Positions 13,316-25,655 of a DNA stretch of 64,000 nucleotides are shown here, in pieces. This DNA comes from Tubulanus polymorphus (lineage: Eukaryota > Animalia > Nemertea), in contig NC_134030.1 of assembly GCF_964204645.1 (NCBI RefSeq), positions 17,692,210 to 17,756,209 on the forward strand. The letters are read 5' to 3'. Position 1 is the stretch's first letter, and each line of letters opens with the position of its first letter. The position numbers and the translations under genes are program-made. The notes below the pieces were generated by a model, which was given only the letters and a program-made list of their open reading frames with translations, did no database searches and was not told the origin of the DNA.

Positions 13316-13924
13316 CGGGTTACGTTCGTCGAGCCCGCCTTCTGGAGATAACGACTTTTCTATAGACCACATGCCATAGGTTTAAAGTGTGCATCTATTT
13401 TTTAAAAAAGACTGTCTTTGAACTCGACTCGTTTAAGTTCAAGTTAATTTATTCAATGGAAAAGAACTCAAAACCTTGAAGGCCGATGAAGTAAGCACAT
13501 AAGGAGAGCACATGGCTATGTTTTTGGAGCAAGTGTTGTGCAAGTGATTCGAAGGCAGTATTAGATTCTAAATTTCCACGTCTTTAATCTGACCAAAATA
13601 TTGATTAAAGTTTCATAACAACGGCTACGGCGCGTGTCTCCTTCATTTCATGTTTTCGATTATATCAATTTGGAGTGTTGCATAAGTGACGGAATGAAAT
13701 GAAATCTGAATGAATTAATTTTGTCCTAAACTTTTGAAACAGTTTTGACTACTCCAGAGAATGTTTGAATGTCCATGCTCTGAAGATAGGTTTTGTGATT
13801 TTGTGAGTTATGAATATAGTTGCGCACAAAAAACAACCGTAATATAACCAGAGAGATGCACTATACTAAAGATTAAAGAAATACAATCAGCCTTGTCGAT
13901 GAAAAGATTTATGGCGGTGATCCT

Positions 13925-14333
13925 CAGGCCGGGCGGATTGAGAGGGGTCCGAGGGGGTCCGTATCCCCCTCCATAATTTGGAAGGTCCATACAAACGTCT
14001 ACTACAAGAAATCCTAAGTGACCATTTTTAAATTAAGGTGAACTAGAACACAAACAGAAGTGCAAAATGATGAATATACGATGGTATTGTGATTGTGGTC
14101 GTGGTGTTGTGTATGTTACGATTATTATCATGGATTTCATTGTTCAACTTCGTGGAAATCTTACCACATTCTTCTCTAATTTTCAAAACGTTTCTATAGT
14201 CGAGTAGCCCCTAACGGTCGGATGTCTATGTAATGTCGTTGTGCGTGTTGCATCGTCATTACAGTAACATTTAATATGGTTCCTTTTTACTTTCCCGGAC
14301 TCCACCCCTACAAAAGTCCTAGATCCACCCCTG
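13925..14333. mobile_element. Non-autonomous hAT-like MITE (CAGG...CCTG termini, 5-bp TSD type)
   Basis: Termini caggccgggcggatt... and ...agatccacccctg; flanks atcct / atccc (4/5 match). Confidence 0.6.
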
Positions 14334-14996
14334 ATCCCGACATGTTTTATTTTCGATTGAGTCCAGAGTGGAACTTTTGCTGACGAGAGTGAGGGGGGGC
14401 TCTTTCAAATCCAGCCAACCCTAGGCCTGCTGATAATATTGTCACATTGGTCAGGCAATAGACTTGGGCAGTGAGGATTGGAACTGGGGGGCAATGTTTC
14501 GGATATCTAAAAATTGTGGAGTTCACCTAAGTATGTAAATATCTTGCAGCTTTTATTACAATTGTGATATCCATATTTCTCATTGTATGCATGGATTCAA
14601 ATGGCGTAAGCATACTCTGACCGCGTTTATACAGACAGACACAGGCGCGGAGCCATGGTTTTTCCTGGAGGGGGTTCATAAAAAAATGTTAATGTTAAAC
14701 TGACGAAGGGCGAAGCTCGCTCGGCCTTAACGAACATGACGTGAAGGACGGGGGGTGGACAAACAATATTGAAAATACACGTCAGTGAGTTTCATTTTGG
14801 CCACAAAGATATTTGCATTGACAAAGTGAGTTAAACCGTTTTAACAGTTTATCTGAAATTCAAAACGTGCGCTGTTCATTTGAGAAACGTTCACGATCCA
14901 TCAGATACCACCAATATATAATTTGTGTTTCCTGTAACTAAAAGAAATCTAGTCCCAAAAGCGAAAGATGATTTAAACTTTTGTGACTGTCCATTT

Positions 14997-15464
14997 CAGG
15001 CGTGGATCCAGGGGCATTCAGTGACGACTTACTGCACAGTGAAAAAAGGGCACCAACTTTGAAAAGGGCCAGTATTAATGCCCAACGAGCGAGTTTGAGT
15101 TTGAGTGCCATTTATTGGTATCATGCCACTAAATCTGTCTTCACATTCAAATTTGCTTGTGCCTTTTCTAGATTTTTGGCGAAATTTACCCTTTTTCAAT
15201 TAAATTTATACAGCAACAATGATGTCTATTTTGTAATAGTGCCCTTTTGAGTAAAGGAAAATGCCTTAGATTGCCTTTTTTGATTTGGGCAATTTCATTC
15301 ACATTTTGCTTTAGACCTAGTACAGAAAGGCAATTATTTTTTATGACGCACAAATTGTGTGCCCTTTTATTTAATTTTTTCCTCGAAACATAAATTTTTC
15401 AAGGGCATTTGAAAACTGCTACTACCGCACGTGCTGCATGTGCGATAGTCTGGATCCGCGCCTG
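14997..15464. mobile_element. Non-autonomous hAT-like MITE with perfect 5-bp TSD
   Basis: TIR caggcgtggatcca / tggatccgcgcctg; CATTT directly flanks both ends (14992-14996 and 15465-15469). Confidence 0.75.
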
Positions 15465-15997
15465 CATTTGAGAACTAAAACTATGAGATGTACTTTAATT
15501 TGCTCTTCTATACGTGACTGGACATTGTGTAAAAGCTTTTGATTAAACTCAGAGGCCTATATGATATGCGTGATCTGGAAACAATTTATCGCTTTTATCG
15601 CTTATGCGCGAAGAAACGTTTTACATTGAAATGTCCAACACCAAGATTTGCGGTCCAAACACATATGTGAGAAAAGGTCAAGAACAGAAAATATACAAAG
15701 CTACCGAACTGCGGCGGATGGTAGCAGATGCTGAGCGAAAACAGTGCATCCTGCTGTCAGTTTGTGCAGTCGTTGTAGGTCAACGCGTTATCAGAATCAT
15801 TCGCACGATAGGTTTAATCGAGTGAGCATATCCGTTTGGAGCTGAGCAGCAGAATTTACTTATTCTTCTATTCGAAGGTAAGATTTTATCTATACTTAGT
15901 TATAATTAACGGGTTTTAGTATCGATACTGATATAAGTCTAACAGACTTTTGAATGACCAAGTCCGTGTAAATGGGTTATCAATATCGTGCCTTCTT

Positions 15998-16564
15998 CAA
16001 ACCCGTAGCCCGGATTTTGAAATGGGCGTTGTTTGAATTATAAAAAGGGCACTTCTGCATGTTTTGTATCCCAGGAAAGCGAGCATCGTGTGCTTAAAAA
16101 CAGAATTCTGTAGTTATTCCACAAACAATAAAAAAAAACAAATGCATTTCAGTATAACCATTTGAAATGTTAGAATGACATTTATTCACCGCTAATAGAA
16201 GTAACTCTGGATGTTCAATAGTTCAAATTAAAATGTTTGCTAACTACATTCGTCTTGGGTTTTTTCCCGCGTATATTTTTGCAACAGCTGGTGAATTTGA
16301 ATCTGTTGCTGAGTCGCTGGTAGGATGTGGCCTACACTGAACATCTCAAGTGGTGCCTCTGAACCCTTTTACATATTCGATAGCTCAGGCAGTAGTGTTT
16401 CGATTGATGCGCAAAAGCGATGATCAATTGACCTCAAACAAGTGTAATAAAGCGTGTAATAATTCGTAACAAGTTGGCTGAAAAAATTACCAAAATCACT
16501 AAGGGCATTTTCTATAAAGGGGCGTTCGTTCGAACGGACAACCCCCCCCCTGGCTATGGGCTTG
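15998..16564. mobile_element. Non-autonomous hAT-like MITE in the first intron of the orphan gene
   Basis: TIR caaacccgtagcc / ggctatgggcttg; flanks ttctt / ttgtt (4/5 match); typical subterminal C-run. Confidence 0.65.
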
Positions 16565-16766
16565 TTGTTAAAAGCATCACTAGGCCTACTCCTAAACACA
16601 CCCATGTATTGTATTTTAACAACTGCTCTTCTTCAACAAAAACGATGAAATGAAATACAAATGTTTTTCCCGATAGCAAAGACATTGAAATAGGATTTCC
16701 AGAGGATGAACCTTTTATATCTACTATTATATTTTTTCAGTATCCGAAAATAAAACGAACGTGAAG

Positions 16767-19700
16767 ATGGATCGCAATATAAACGTCGAAGGACCGTGGG
16801 GTTTACGTTTCATCGGAAACGACGCATGGTTGGTTAATGACAACGATATCTCTGTACATATAAAAGACATAAAACAAGCCGGCTCGATTGGATGTGTGAA
16901 GGTATGTAAGTTCAAATTTCGCTTCTCTTACAGTGAAAATGAACAGAGCTCTATAACGCAACCTTTTTTCACAGATTTCGACTTCGAATACCACAAAGCG
17001 CTACAAGCTGTCCCAGTTGATCACCGAAAACCTCCCCGAATGTTTAAAGAGGACGGTGAACTCCAGATCAGAATTTGTGAAGGCGTTTAATGGGTTGTTA
17101 TTAGAGGATTCTCGTAAGTTACCTTAAGATTTTAGTCGAATCGTAATTTTGTATCCAGTAACATAAGCATGAAATGGAGAGATTCTACAATGGCAACAAT
17201 GACAATAACCGAGATCTAGAAATATGTTCAATAGATCTAAAAATCGCCTGAGTTTTCGACGATGTGATCTCATTACGTAAAAGGGAACCTCGCTTTATTC
17301 GGACACAGTAATACTGGCAAAAATTTGTTTGATATAGAATTATAATTATCTTTATTTACATTGAGATGATTGGAAGGGTAGAAAAATACGCCGGAAAGTC
17401 GAAAAATGATCTCTTTTAGTTTTGGAAAAGTATCCACAATTGAGATAATAACAGAAAAATTTCATATTTTTTCGTTTGTGTGAACCTAGCATCACACACA
17501 TGACTTTTTGAAGAGAAATCGAGAAGTCTCAACTTCTCGATTTCTCAACTTCTGACCCGGTTAGAAAAATAAACAAAGTTGTGTCAAAATGTATGTTCAC
17601 ACACACAACGTAATTCACACAACTCCAGCTGGGCGTAGATGCAGCAACGCATTTACCCAGAGAAGGATGAAGAAGAAATCGCAATTTAATGAAAATCAAA
17701 AAGATAATTGTGATAAAACGACTTTGGCCTATCCAGTATCCATGGATATATTATGCCCGGTGTTAGGGTATCCTGGAGCCGCCTGACTCCAGACATTTTG
17801 AAGAGAATTCATGAGTCTCATATATCAATTTTCTGATAGATATGAGATTGATAAGATTATATAAAAGGTTTATTCTTTTATTGTAGAAATCGTAGAAATG
17901 TATTTCCCTCTATTACCAGAAAGGAATACTATCAAAATGCGCGCGAATATACTGTATGTTGATTGGTTAGATTACTTTCGACTCCTCGACTTTGTTACGC
18001 CCGATTTTCCTCGACACAACTCTCGTCTCGACTAGTCGAGAGAAATACTTGGAGTCGAGAGAAATCTAGCCAATCAACACGCAGTATATTCGCGCGCATT
18101 TTTAATAGTCTTCCTTTCTGGTAAGAGAAGGCAATATATAGCTACAATAAAAAGACTAAACCTTTGATAAAAATCTTATCGAATTAAACTTCAGTGACTC
18201 TCAGATAGTTGATATAATGATACTCATTTCCTCTTTTAAAATTTCTGGTGTCACGCGGTTCCAGGACCCACTAACACCGCGCATGATATCCGTAGTACTG
18301 GATGACTGATTTCGTTTATCGACAATCATATTTTTGATTATGATTTCTTGTTCATCCATGTATGGGTAAATGCACTGCCGTATCTACGCTCAGCTGGTGT
18401 TGTGTGTGTGAACAAAAATTTCGACATAACTTTTATTTATTTTGCTAACCGGGTCAACAATAATTGAGAAATCGAGCATCTTCAAAAAGTTGTGTGGTCG
18501 AACCATCGTGTGCTCTCCGGCAGAGACGCGTGTGACCTGTACCCGATTCCTCTGCCTTATGTTAGTGGAGATACTGTATTTATTCGTTTTAGAGTCCGTG
18601 ATTTATCTTAGCGACTTTTTGCATATAGCTATCTGTTTGATATATCCAAAGCCAATTTTGTCAGTTCAAACAAATGCGGGAACTGCGATTAAAACGGAAA
18701 ACATATCACCACTGCTTCAATGACTTATAGCATTATACAGCATAAAGTCGCAGTCGTTTATTTTAGATAGATACACGTGCTACATAGTAACTACTAATAG
18801 CTAACATTATCAAAAAGGCGTGATGTGGCCCGGTTTACAAAGCTAAGATATGATTAAAATAAGCAAAACGTGTAGATAATGAGATACCACGTGTGGGACA
18901 GTTGGTTATTGATACTCGTTTTTTGGATTTAATATGTATTTGCCTTCGTGATTTCTACCTAGCTATTCTACCTATTCAATGATTGTTAAGTTATTATACA
19001 TAACAAGTTGCACAGGTTTCATAATGGACGTTGCCAAATCCTCTCATCGCATAATTCAATATTCCTTTACCGTTGCCAAATGTTGCATTGTTTTATCACC
19101 GCAGATTCGCCGCAACAATTTGGATCTATAAATATAATTGGCCAAAACAAGTGAATGAGTATGAGAAGTTAGCGAACAGTAATTCGTTATTTGAGTTACG
19201 TTTTGTTTCTTGTATTGAGATCTTTTTAATTATTATCCGGAAAAAATGTTTGATTTGATTCATGAAATACTATAATTTAGATATTTGATTTTTGTCATTA
19301 TCTACTTCAAAACAATCATTATGCAGAGATATGACTTTTAAATTGCCATCATCCAAGAGACATTTAATTTTAAATCAAAAGCAAGCATGGCGTACGTCCT
19401 ATTTCTATTGAGCGCATTTTGATATATGTATGATATCTACCTGATGCTTTAAAACCAAAACCTAAAGCCTGTGCGTTGATTAAAGCAATTATAATTAGTA
19501 CGAACACCATGTATTATATATATGTTTTAATGAGCATATGTATCTAAAATGATGAGGTTTTTTCTTCAAACATCTCTTCCAAACATCTCGCGAATATACT
19601 GCAAATATATTGAGCCGATTCATCGATTGAGTATTATACAACTGACTTGATTCCAGTTTTGAGCCTTCCCTTGAGTCACTAAATTTGTATTTGATGAAAT

Positions 19701-22700
19701 CACTTCATTGTAATATTTGTGCTTGAACTCTCGACGGAAATGCTGTGGGTGTACCTAGAAGACTTAAAAGCTAACAAACTTTTCCAAAGCGCGAATTTTC
19801 TAATAGTTTATCCAGTCTAGTGGTCAACACAGGCAACATGTGACCTAAAACCTTCAGCCGTTATCACAACAGACGCTCATTAGAAACTCTCAAATAAACT
19901 GATCGCCTCTCTCGCCCTGTTACCCTCTCTCTAGGCGTGGTTCCAATGAGAGAGTGCAGGCCGGGGGTCCTCTTCTAGAAATAATTATCAAGTTGCACTG
20001 AAATTTTACGAGAAACCGAGAAATATTGATACCTAAAGAAGTTTAAATTCATAAGTATTTCTAAAGAAAACTGTTAATTTGTGTCTATTGGTTTTTTTTC
20101 GGGGTCCCCTTTTTATCATGATATGCCCTATTCTTTTTTTTTTGTGGGGGGGGGGGGGGGTGACATTCCTCACTGAATCAGAGCAAAGATCCGCCGTTGC
20201 CACCCGACGTTGGCGTCAAATTCCCAAGTAAAGGCTATTATTACATCATTTTGTTAATCAATGATGTCTTGCTGTTTATCAAGTTATCAAACATGACTAA
20301 AGCGGATAACAGGCTCAGCGAAGCCTTTTATAGATGCAGCGTTTTAGTTACAATTCGCAATTATAGACGTGTAAATAAATACACGTTTTCACTCTTATCT
20401 CGGTTCTAAGAAAATGCAATACACTAAGGTCGAAAATAAACCGCAACGACAAAATCCAATCCAACTAGGCGGCAATAACTGAGCTGAGATAATGTTTATA
20501 TCGATTGTATATTCAACATGAGATTGATTTTAACTTTTTACAGGTAATAAAAGTCCAATACGCCATGAAAAAAGTACTTCTGATGACACTTTTAAAACGA
20601 ACGACATCTATACATTCAATGGTAAGGTTTCATTATTGACACCCAGAAGAACTCTCCGAGTAAGCATTTAAAACATGAAAGGGGTGGAATTTTTCAAGCT
20701 ACTTACTACAAACATTTATAAATAAGCAGTTTACTGGATCCATGAATTTTGATTGCGAATTATTTGTTTATATTACATTGCAAAAGTACGCTCAGAATGC
20801 ACAGACTCCGCCTATTCTCTGTTCTAGTTTTATCGAATACCGACTCAAGAGTTCGGGGAATTTTTCGTTAACAGTATTTGTTTTGAAAATTTACTTCTTA
20901 CTGGATCGGCCATCACATTACATTTTGGCTCACAGTATAGGTAGCTGAGTTGATCCTTCACGTTATGAGTTTATCCCCCACGTTACTACATTATACTTCA
21001 ATTTTTTGAGTTTATCCTTCACGTGATGACCTAAACTTCTGTTTGGCGGGGAGCGCCGACCATACCCTATTGCTTAAATTTTCGCAAGGTTCTTTTTTAA
21101 AATGAATCCGCCCATAACAATAAATGCTGAAATTACATTGGTCAATAATCGCATGGAATTACATGCCACGACTTGAATTATTATACAAATTATAAAAAAT
21201 GTCATTACTAATATAATCATTAAAATAAATGTTTAATTTGAAATGTATTATTTCTATTTAGAACAAGATCCTGTCCATGGACTCCACTTAAACACTGCCC
21301 TCGGTGATTCAACTAATGGTATGTATTGTTTAAGATATCATTATTCCGAGCTGTATTAGAGTGTAAAAATAACACCAATTTTTCCTTTGTGAAATAAGTG
21401 AGGTCTCTTTCACACCTCCCCTGGTGATATGTTTGTTATTCTCAAGAGTGATTCGAGTGTTTGAGTTCATTATATGACTTAGAATACAGTAGAATGCTCT
21501 CTAGTAGTTGATTATACTTTCCGACCTTAAGTGGTGGTAGACATGTGTCCAACTTGAGTGACGTCAAATTGAGATGTGATAAGATATCCGAGTTGATCAT
21601 ATCTGAATTGAGTGAAGTGTTACATTTTTATCAAATTCCATTCTTGTTTTGTTCTATATTTTCGAGCGACTTTTCGAGATCATATCGATCGATAATCTCC
21701 CTCTTTTTAAAACAAAATGTTAATCATCCATCAATCAAACAGGAACGTATTTAATTCAATGTTACAACAACTCCGGACACTACGAGTTGCTATCAGAATT
21801 CATTGAGACTTAACAATTTACAAATCTCATCTCTTGTAGGTTGTGATGAAGTAAAATCCCTTGAACCATCGGAATTGTTAAAATGTCGTGATGGTAGGTC
21901 TTCATGTGTTACTTTCACTTAATTACTTTCGGGAAATAAAGAAATTCACAGACAAAAACAACATGCCATATAATTTGCTGAAAACATATTACGTCAATTT
22001 CCTCATTTCTGAAGTAATACAAAATTGGAAGAAAAAATTTGATTATCAAGTAAGAATCGAATTAGATTCAACATTAATGAGTTAAGTTATGGTGACACTT
22101 AGAGAACTATAATTAGATATTTCCATTCGTGGTATATTTACAGAAATGCATGTACAACAAATTGAAAATACATGTACTGAAAACAGATCTTCATCGGTTT
22201 GTTCAGGTAAGTCGACCAGATTACATCTTGCATTTCATAATCGCTTCGAACAGATTATTCAATTATATCAATTTAATTTATCCCCTTTCTTTCCTGTATA
22301 GATATGCTTCAAAAACAGGTCATATGCTTCAGACAAGGTGAGCTGATTTTCAAATCGTTTTCGTTATCAGTGTCTAATTTCCGATGCATCATGCATCACC
22401 CTGGCTTTAATAGATAAGGCTAGCTACCATAAAGAAAATGAGACTATGGTCATCCCAAAAGAATCAGTCGTGCATACTGTTTACAATTACCCATGGGTCA
22501 CAGTTCAATCTGACAAATTTGTGAAACTTTCATATCGAGTTTTTAAACATCCAAAAAATGAAAAGAAAGAGTGAAAAACATGTGAAATGATAACTATTTT
22601 TCTTTCCGTAGGTACATACAGAATAGCGACCGTAAAGCTAAAAGCTCCGTCGTGGCCACTCCAGGTTTGACTGTACCTTACTTAACGAACAACGCAAAAA

Positions 22701-24075
22701 CTTTTTGAATTTGAACACCTTAAATACCCTTGATATTCTGAAAAACCCAACGGTCAACTTAGCTAAATTCATTAAGACCGGCTTAGATGTATATAGATCC
22801 CTCCAATAGTATATATAGTATTGTAAATAGTTGATGTATATATATATATATTTCGTTACGTTTTCATTCTCTAAATTTTAATCACTTCAGTGTTGTTTTG
22901 TAAATATTTGTATATACATGTGTAATAGTTTTCCTCCATATACCATGGAAATGGTTGGAGTGTAAATAAATCGTAATCGTAATCGTAATCGTAATCGTAG
23001 TCGCTTCTCGGCCTATTGGCTAAGATCAAAGTCTCTGTACTGAATATCTTCCAGTGGTTTATTGAACCGCTACAAATGAACCCAATGAAGAATAATACAC
23101 CGGTACACGCAATTCAGTGTTAATTATGAATATTTATTTTTAGAAGCGACCAGCAGTAACCACAAGCGCTACCTATGAAGGGCGACCGAAAAGACAGAAG
23201 GTAAGCGATTTCAAATAATGAAATTTCCGTCGTCAAAGGGTTTCAATCGTGTTGTTGTAGTGTTAGTGAAAACCGATCATTGGCAATGTGTTCTTGGTCT
23301 CTTCAATTCAGGTTGGGCAGGACGTAAATAAGACGTTATCGACAAACTACAGTAAGTAACATTGTTGCTATAAAATATGTCTACTTATCAGTCGATAGAA
23401 TTAAGATAAGGATATTAAAATCGTTTCTATTTTCCCGCTTGTTTTAGCTGTTCCTGGCTTGGATATTAACGTCGTTTGCCCAGACGTTGGTGAAAATCTT
23501 CTCGTCAAACCGGGTATGTCATCGTGTTAACACTAGAGTGAATACATTGGATACAATACGCTCATTCTACGAAAGCGTCCTGCGCACACATAACAACAAA
23601 TCCAGCTTTATCCCGATTCGAAGTCACTTTTAACTGCTAACTTTTGACAAACTAGGGATAAACCTCGTAATGTTTTGTCCGCAGAGCGTTTCGACTGCGG
23701 TTTTTTACTCATTTAGAATGAAAACATAAACGAATGTGTTCTACACTAAAACCCGTTTATGTATGTTATATTACAGGCGAGGGAGCTAAGAATATCCAGG
23801 TCGTCGACGGAGACGTAGTTCTCGTTGATTGGGAAAATTACGGAATTTACGTAGCCGCGGTATCCAAAAAACAATTAATTAGTTGTAGAAGGCCGGTCAG
23901 GAAATTATCAGGATCTATCGTACTCGATGATGACTCGTTATCAAATTTAGACGTTCACGATCGGCAGGAACTCAAACAAGTCCTTTTCGTGGTTCCCGGC
24001 GCCAGTGTCGTTGACGGAAAGAAAATAAACGGAGTCAAAAGTTCGTGGATAGTGGCTGCCCTCACTTATTACTAG
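16767..24075 (+). CDS. Multi-exon protein of unknown function (~337 aa); possible Tudor/SH3-like C-terminal domain
   Basis: In-frame GT-AG exons 16767-16901, 16975-17113, 20544-20621, 21262-21318, 21840-21893, 22302-22337, 22612-22664, 23144-23200, 23312-23351, 23448-23513, 23777-24075 total 1014 nt from ATG to TAG with no internal stop. A likely 5'UTR exon ends at the donor gaag|gtaaga near 15877. Usage of the middle exons is uncertain. Confidence 0.7.
17495..18496. mobile_element. ~1 kb foldback (near-fully palindromic) element inside an intron
   Basis: The arms pair along their length: cacacatgactttttgaaga / tcttcaaaaagttgtgtg; ccagctgggcgtagatgc / gtatctacgctcagctgg; aaaatgcgcgcgaatatactg / cagtatattcgcgcgcatttt. 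Centre ~18020-18035; CAC...GTG termini. Confidence 0.85.
22666..22999 (+). mobile_element. 5'-truncated LINE 3' end (RTEX/L2-like) with (ATCGTA)5 tail
   Basis: Frame FDCTLLNEQRKNFLNLNTLNTLDILKNPTVNLAKFIKTGLDVYRSLQ* resembles a LINE ORF2 C-terminus (C..L...R..F...LAKFI). It is followed by a short 3'UTR with a stem-loop, AATAAA and a tandem hexamer tail. Confidence 0.75.
23000..23032 (+). pseudogene. U2: 3'-truncated U2 snRNA copy (first ~33 nt)
   Basis: gtcgcttctcggcctattggctaagatcaaagt matches the conserved U2 5' end (AUCGCUUCUCGGCCUUUUGGCUAAGAUCA(A)AGUGUAGUA) and stops before the branch-point recognition sequence. Confidence 0.9.
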
Positions 24076-25189
24076 ACTCGATTTTTGATTTTCGATTTCT
24101 AAATTAATTTATATTGTCGTATTGTTTTGCTTATATTACATGTCTCGGCAAACTATATTATGACGGCTTTCTGACTGCTAACTACCACACAACAGCTGTC
24201 GGTGTTAGCTCATTTATACGTTTTATTTTTAGTCCTGAATTTTCCGTCTATCAAACCTTTGCGAAATCACCGAATAGACCGTATCTTATATAACATATCA
24301 CTGCATGATTAATTTGGTCCCAGTAAGCCAAATCAACTAAATTGTCGTCGAAACGTATCGGAAAAAGGAAAGCTGCTGTAAGGAGCTAAGATTTCATGAT
24401 CGGTTTTAATACTACTGTTCTGCCTCTTATCGGGAAGTTTTAAAACCACTTTTTGAGACAAATCGTAGATAAAAATTGAAAAGGTGAAATAAGATATTGC
24501 TGTTGACGTCATAAGCATTATTCATGTACACCCTATGGATATTCTCTTGTTTTAAAGTATACATTCAGATATTAATTCCATTATACTAGCATTGAAACTT
24601 CATCGGTAAATCCGTACACCGTATTTTGGATATGACATATATATATATTTTCTGGAATCGTAATATACAAGGTTTACTGTAGTGTATAAGGAGCACATCA
24701 ATGTCTCATTCATTTTTGTTTAATTATGTGCGCTTGATTGAATTGTTTCTATATTTGGATTTGGGTAGTTTACTTACAATGGGCTTGTCCGTAATGTTTT
24801 TCTTTAATTTTAATCCCTTATCGATTTTTGATTGTAGATTGCAATTTTGTGTGTTTGTATATTGTCCTTTTCCGATAACGACTATGATGGTTTCCTTTGT
24901 GGCCTAGCTTATGATAGACTTATGATAGCCCACGATTAGCATTATTGTCGTATAGAAGTTTGTAAAGTACTTTCACCAGAAGATCTGCTGTTTTTGGATA
25001 TCCAATTCTTAGTTTTAAAAGTATCTATTAAGCCTGATTATCTATCATACATGTATTCCATAAACCATGGTGGCTTTTTCAACTGTTTTTTCATCCGCGG
25101 CTCAAATGAGCTGAGGACTCAAATCCTCCTATCAAAATTACTAATCTTGAATGAACGTTTTAAAATGCGTCCTGAAATCTGGTGCAGAA

Positions 25190-25655
25190 AATACTAAAAT
25201 GAGTTTCAATACTGGAATCGAATGATTCATTAAGTGATCGTTTTAGAACGTTAGAGTCCTAGGACGCAATTTAGTAAAATGAGTCTCAAGACTCGCATCT
25301 AACGATGAATGAGTCCTAGGACGCAATTTAGTAAATCAGATACTAAAATGAGTCTCAATACTCGAATCTAACGATGAATGAGTCCTAGGACGCAATTTAG
25401 CAAAGCAGATACTGAAATGAGTCTTAAGACTCGAATCAATAGATGAATGAGTCCTAGGACGCAATTTAGAAAAGCAGATACTAAAATGAGTCTCAAGACT
25501 CGAATCTAACGATTCAAACCAGTGAACGTTTCAGAATGAGTCCTAGGACGCAATTTAGTAAAATGAGTCTCAAGACTCGACTCTAACGATGAATGAGTCC
25601 TAGGACGCAATTTAGAAAAGTAGATACAAAAATGAGTCTCAAGACTCGATTCTAA
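25190..25655. repeat. Minisatellite of 57-89 bp units built from two palindromes; probable subterminal array of a DNA transposon
   Basis: gagtcctaggacgcaattt recurs at 25254, 25311, 25380, 25449, 25538, 25595, alternating with aaaatgagtctcaagactcg. Confidence 0.85.

Noticed and set aside
23000-23032. Functional U2 snRNA gene
   Set aside because: Only ~33 nt; lacks the branch-point pairing region, Sm site and 3' stem-loops, and LINE tail sits where a promoter should be.
25190-25655. CRISPR array
   Set aside because: The sequences between the palindromes are themselves repeated (no unique spacers), there are no cas genes, and the context is eukaryotic.
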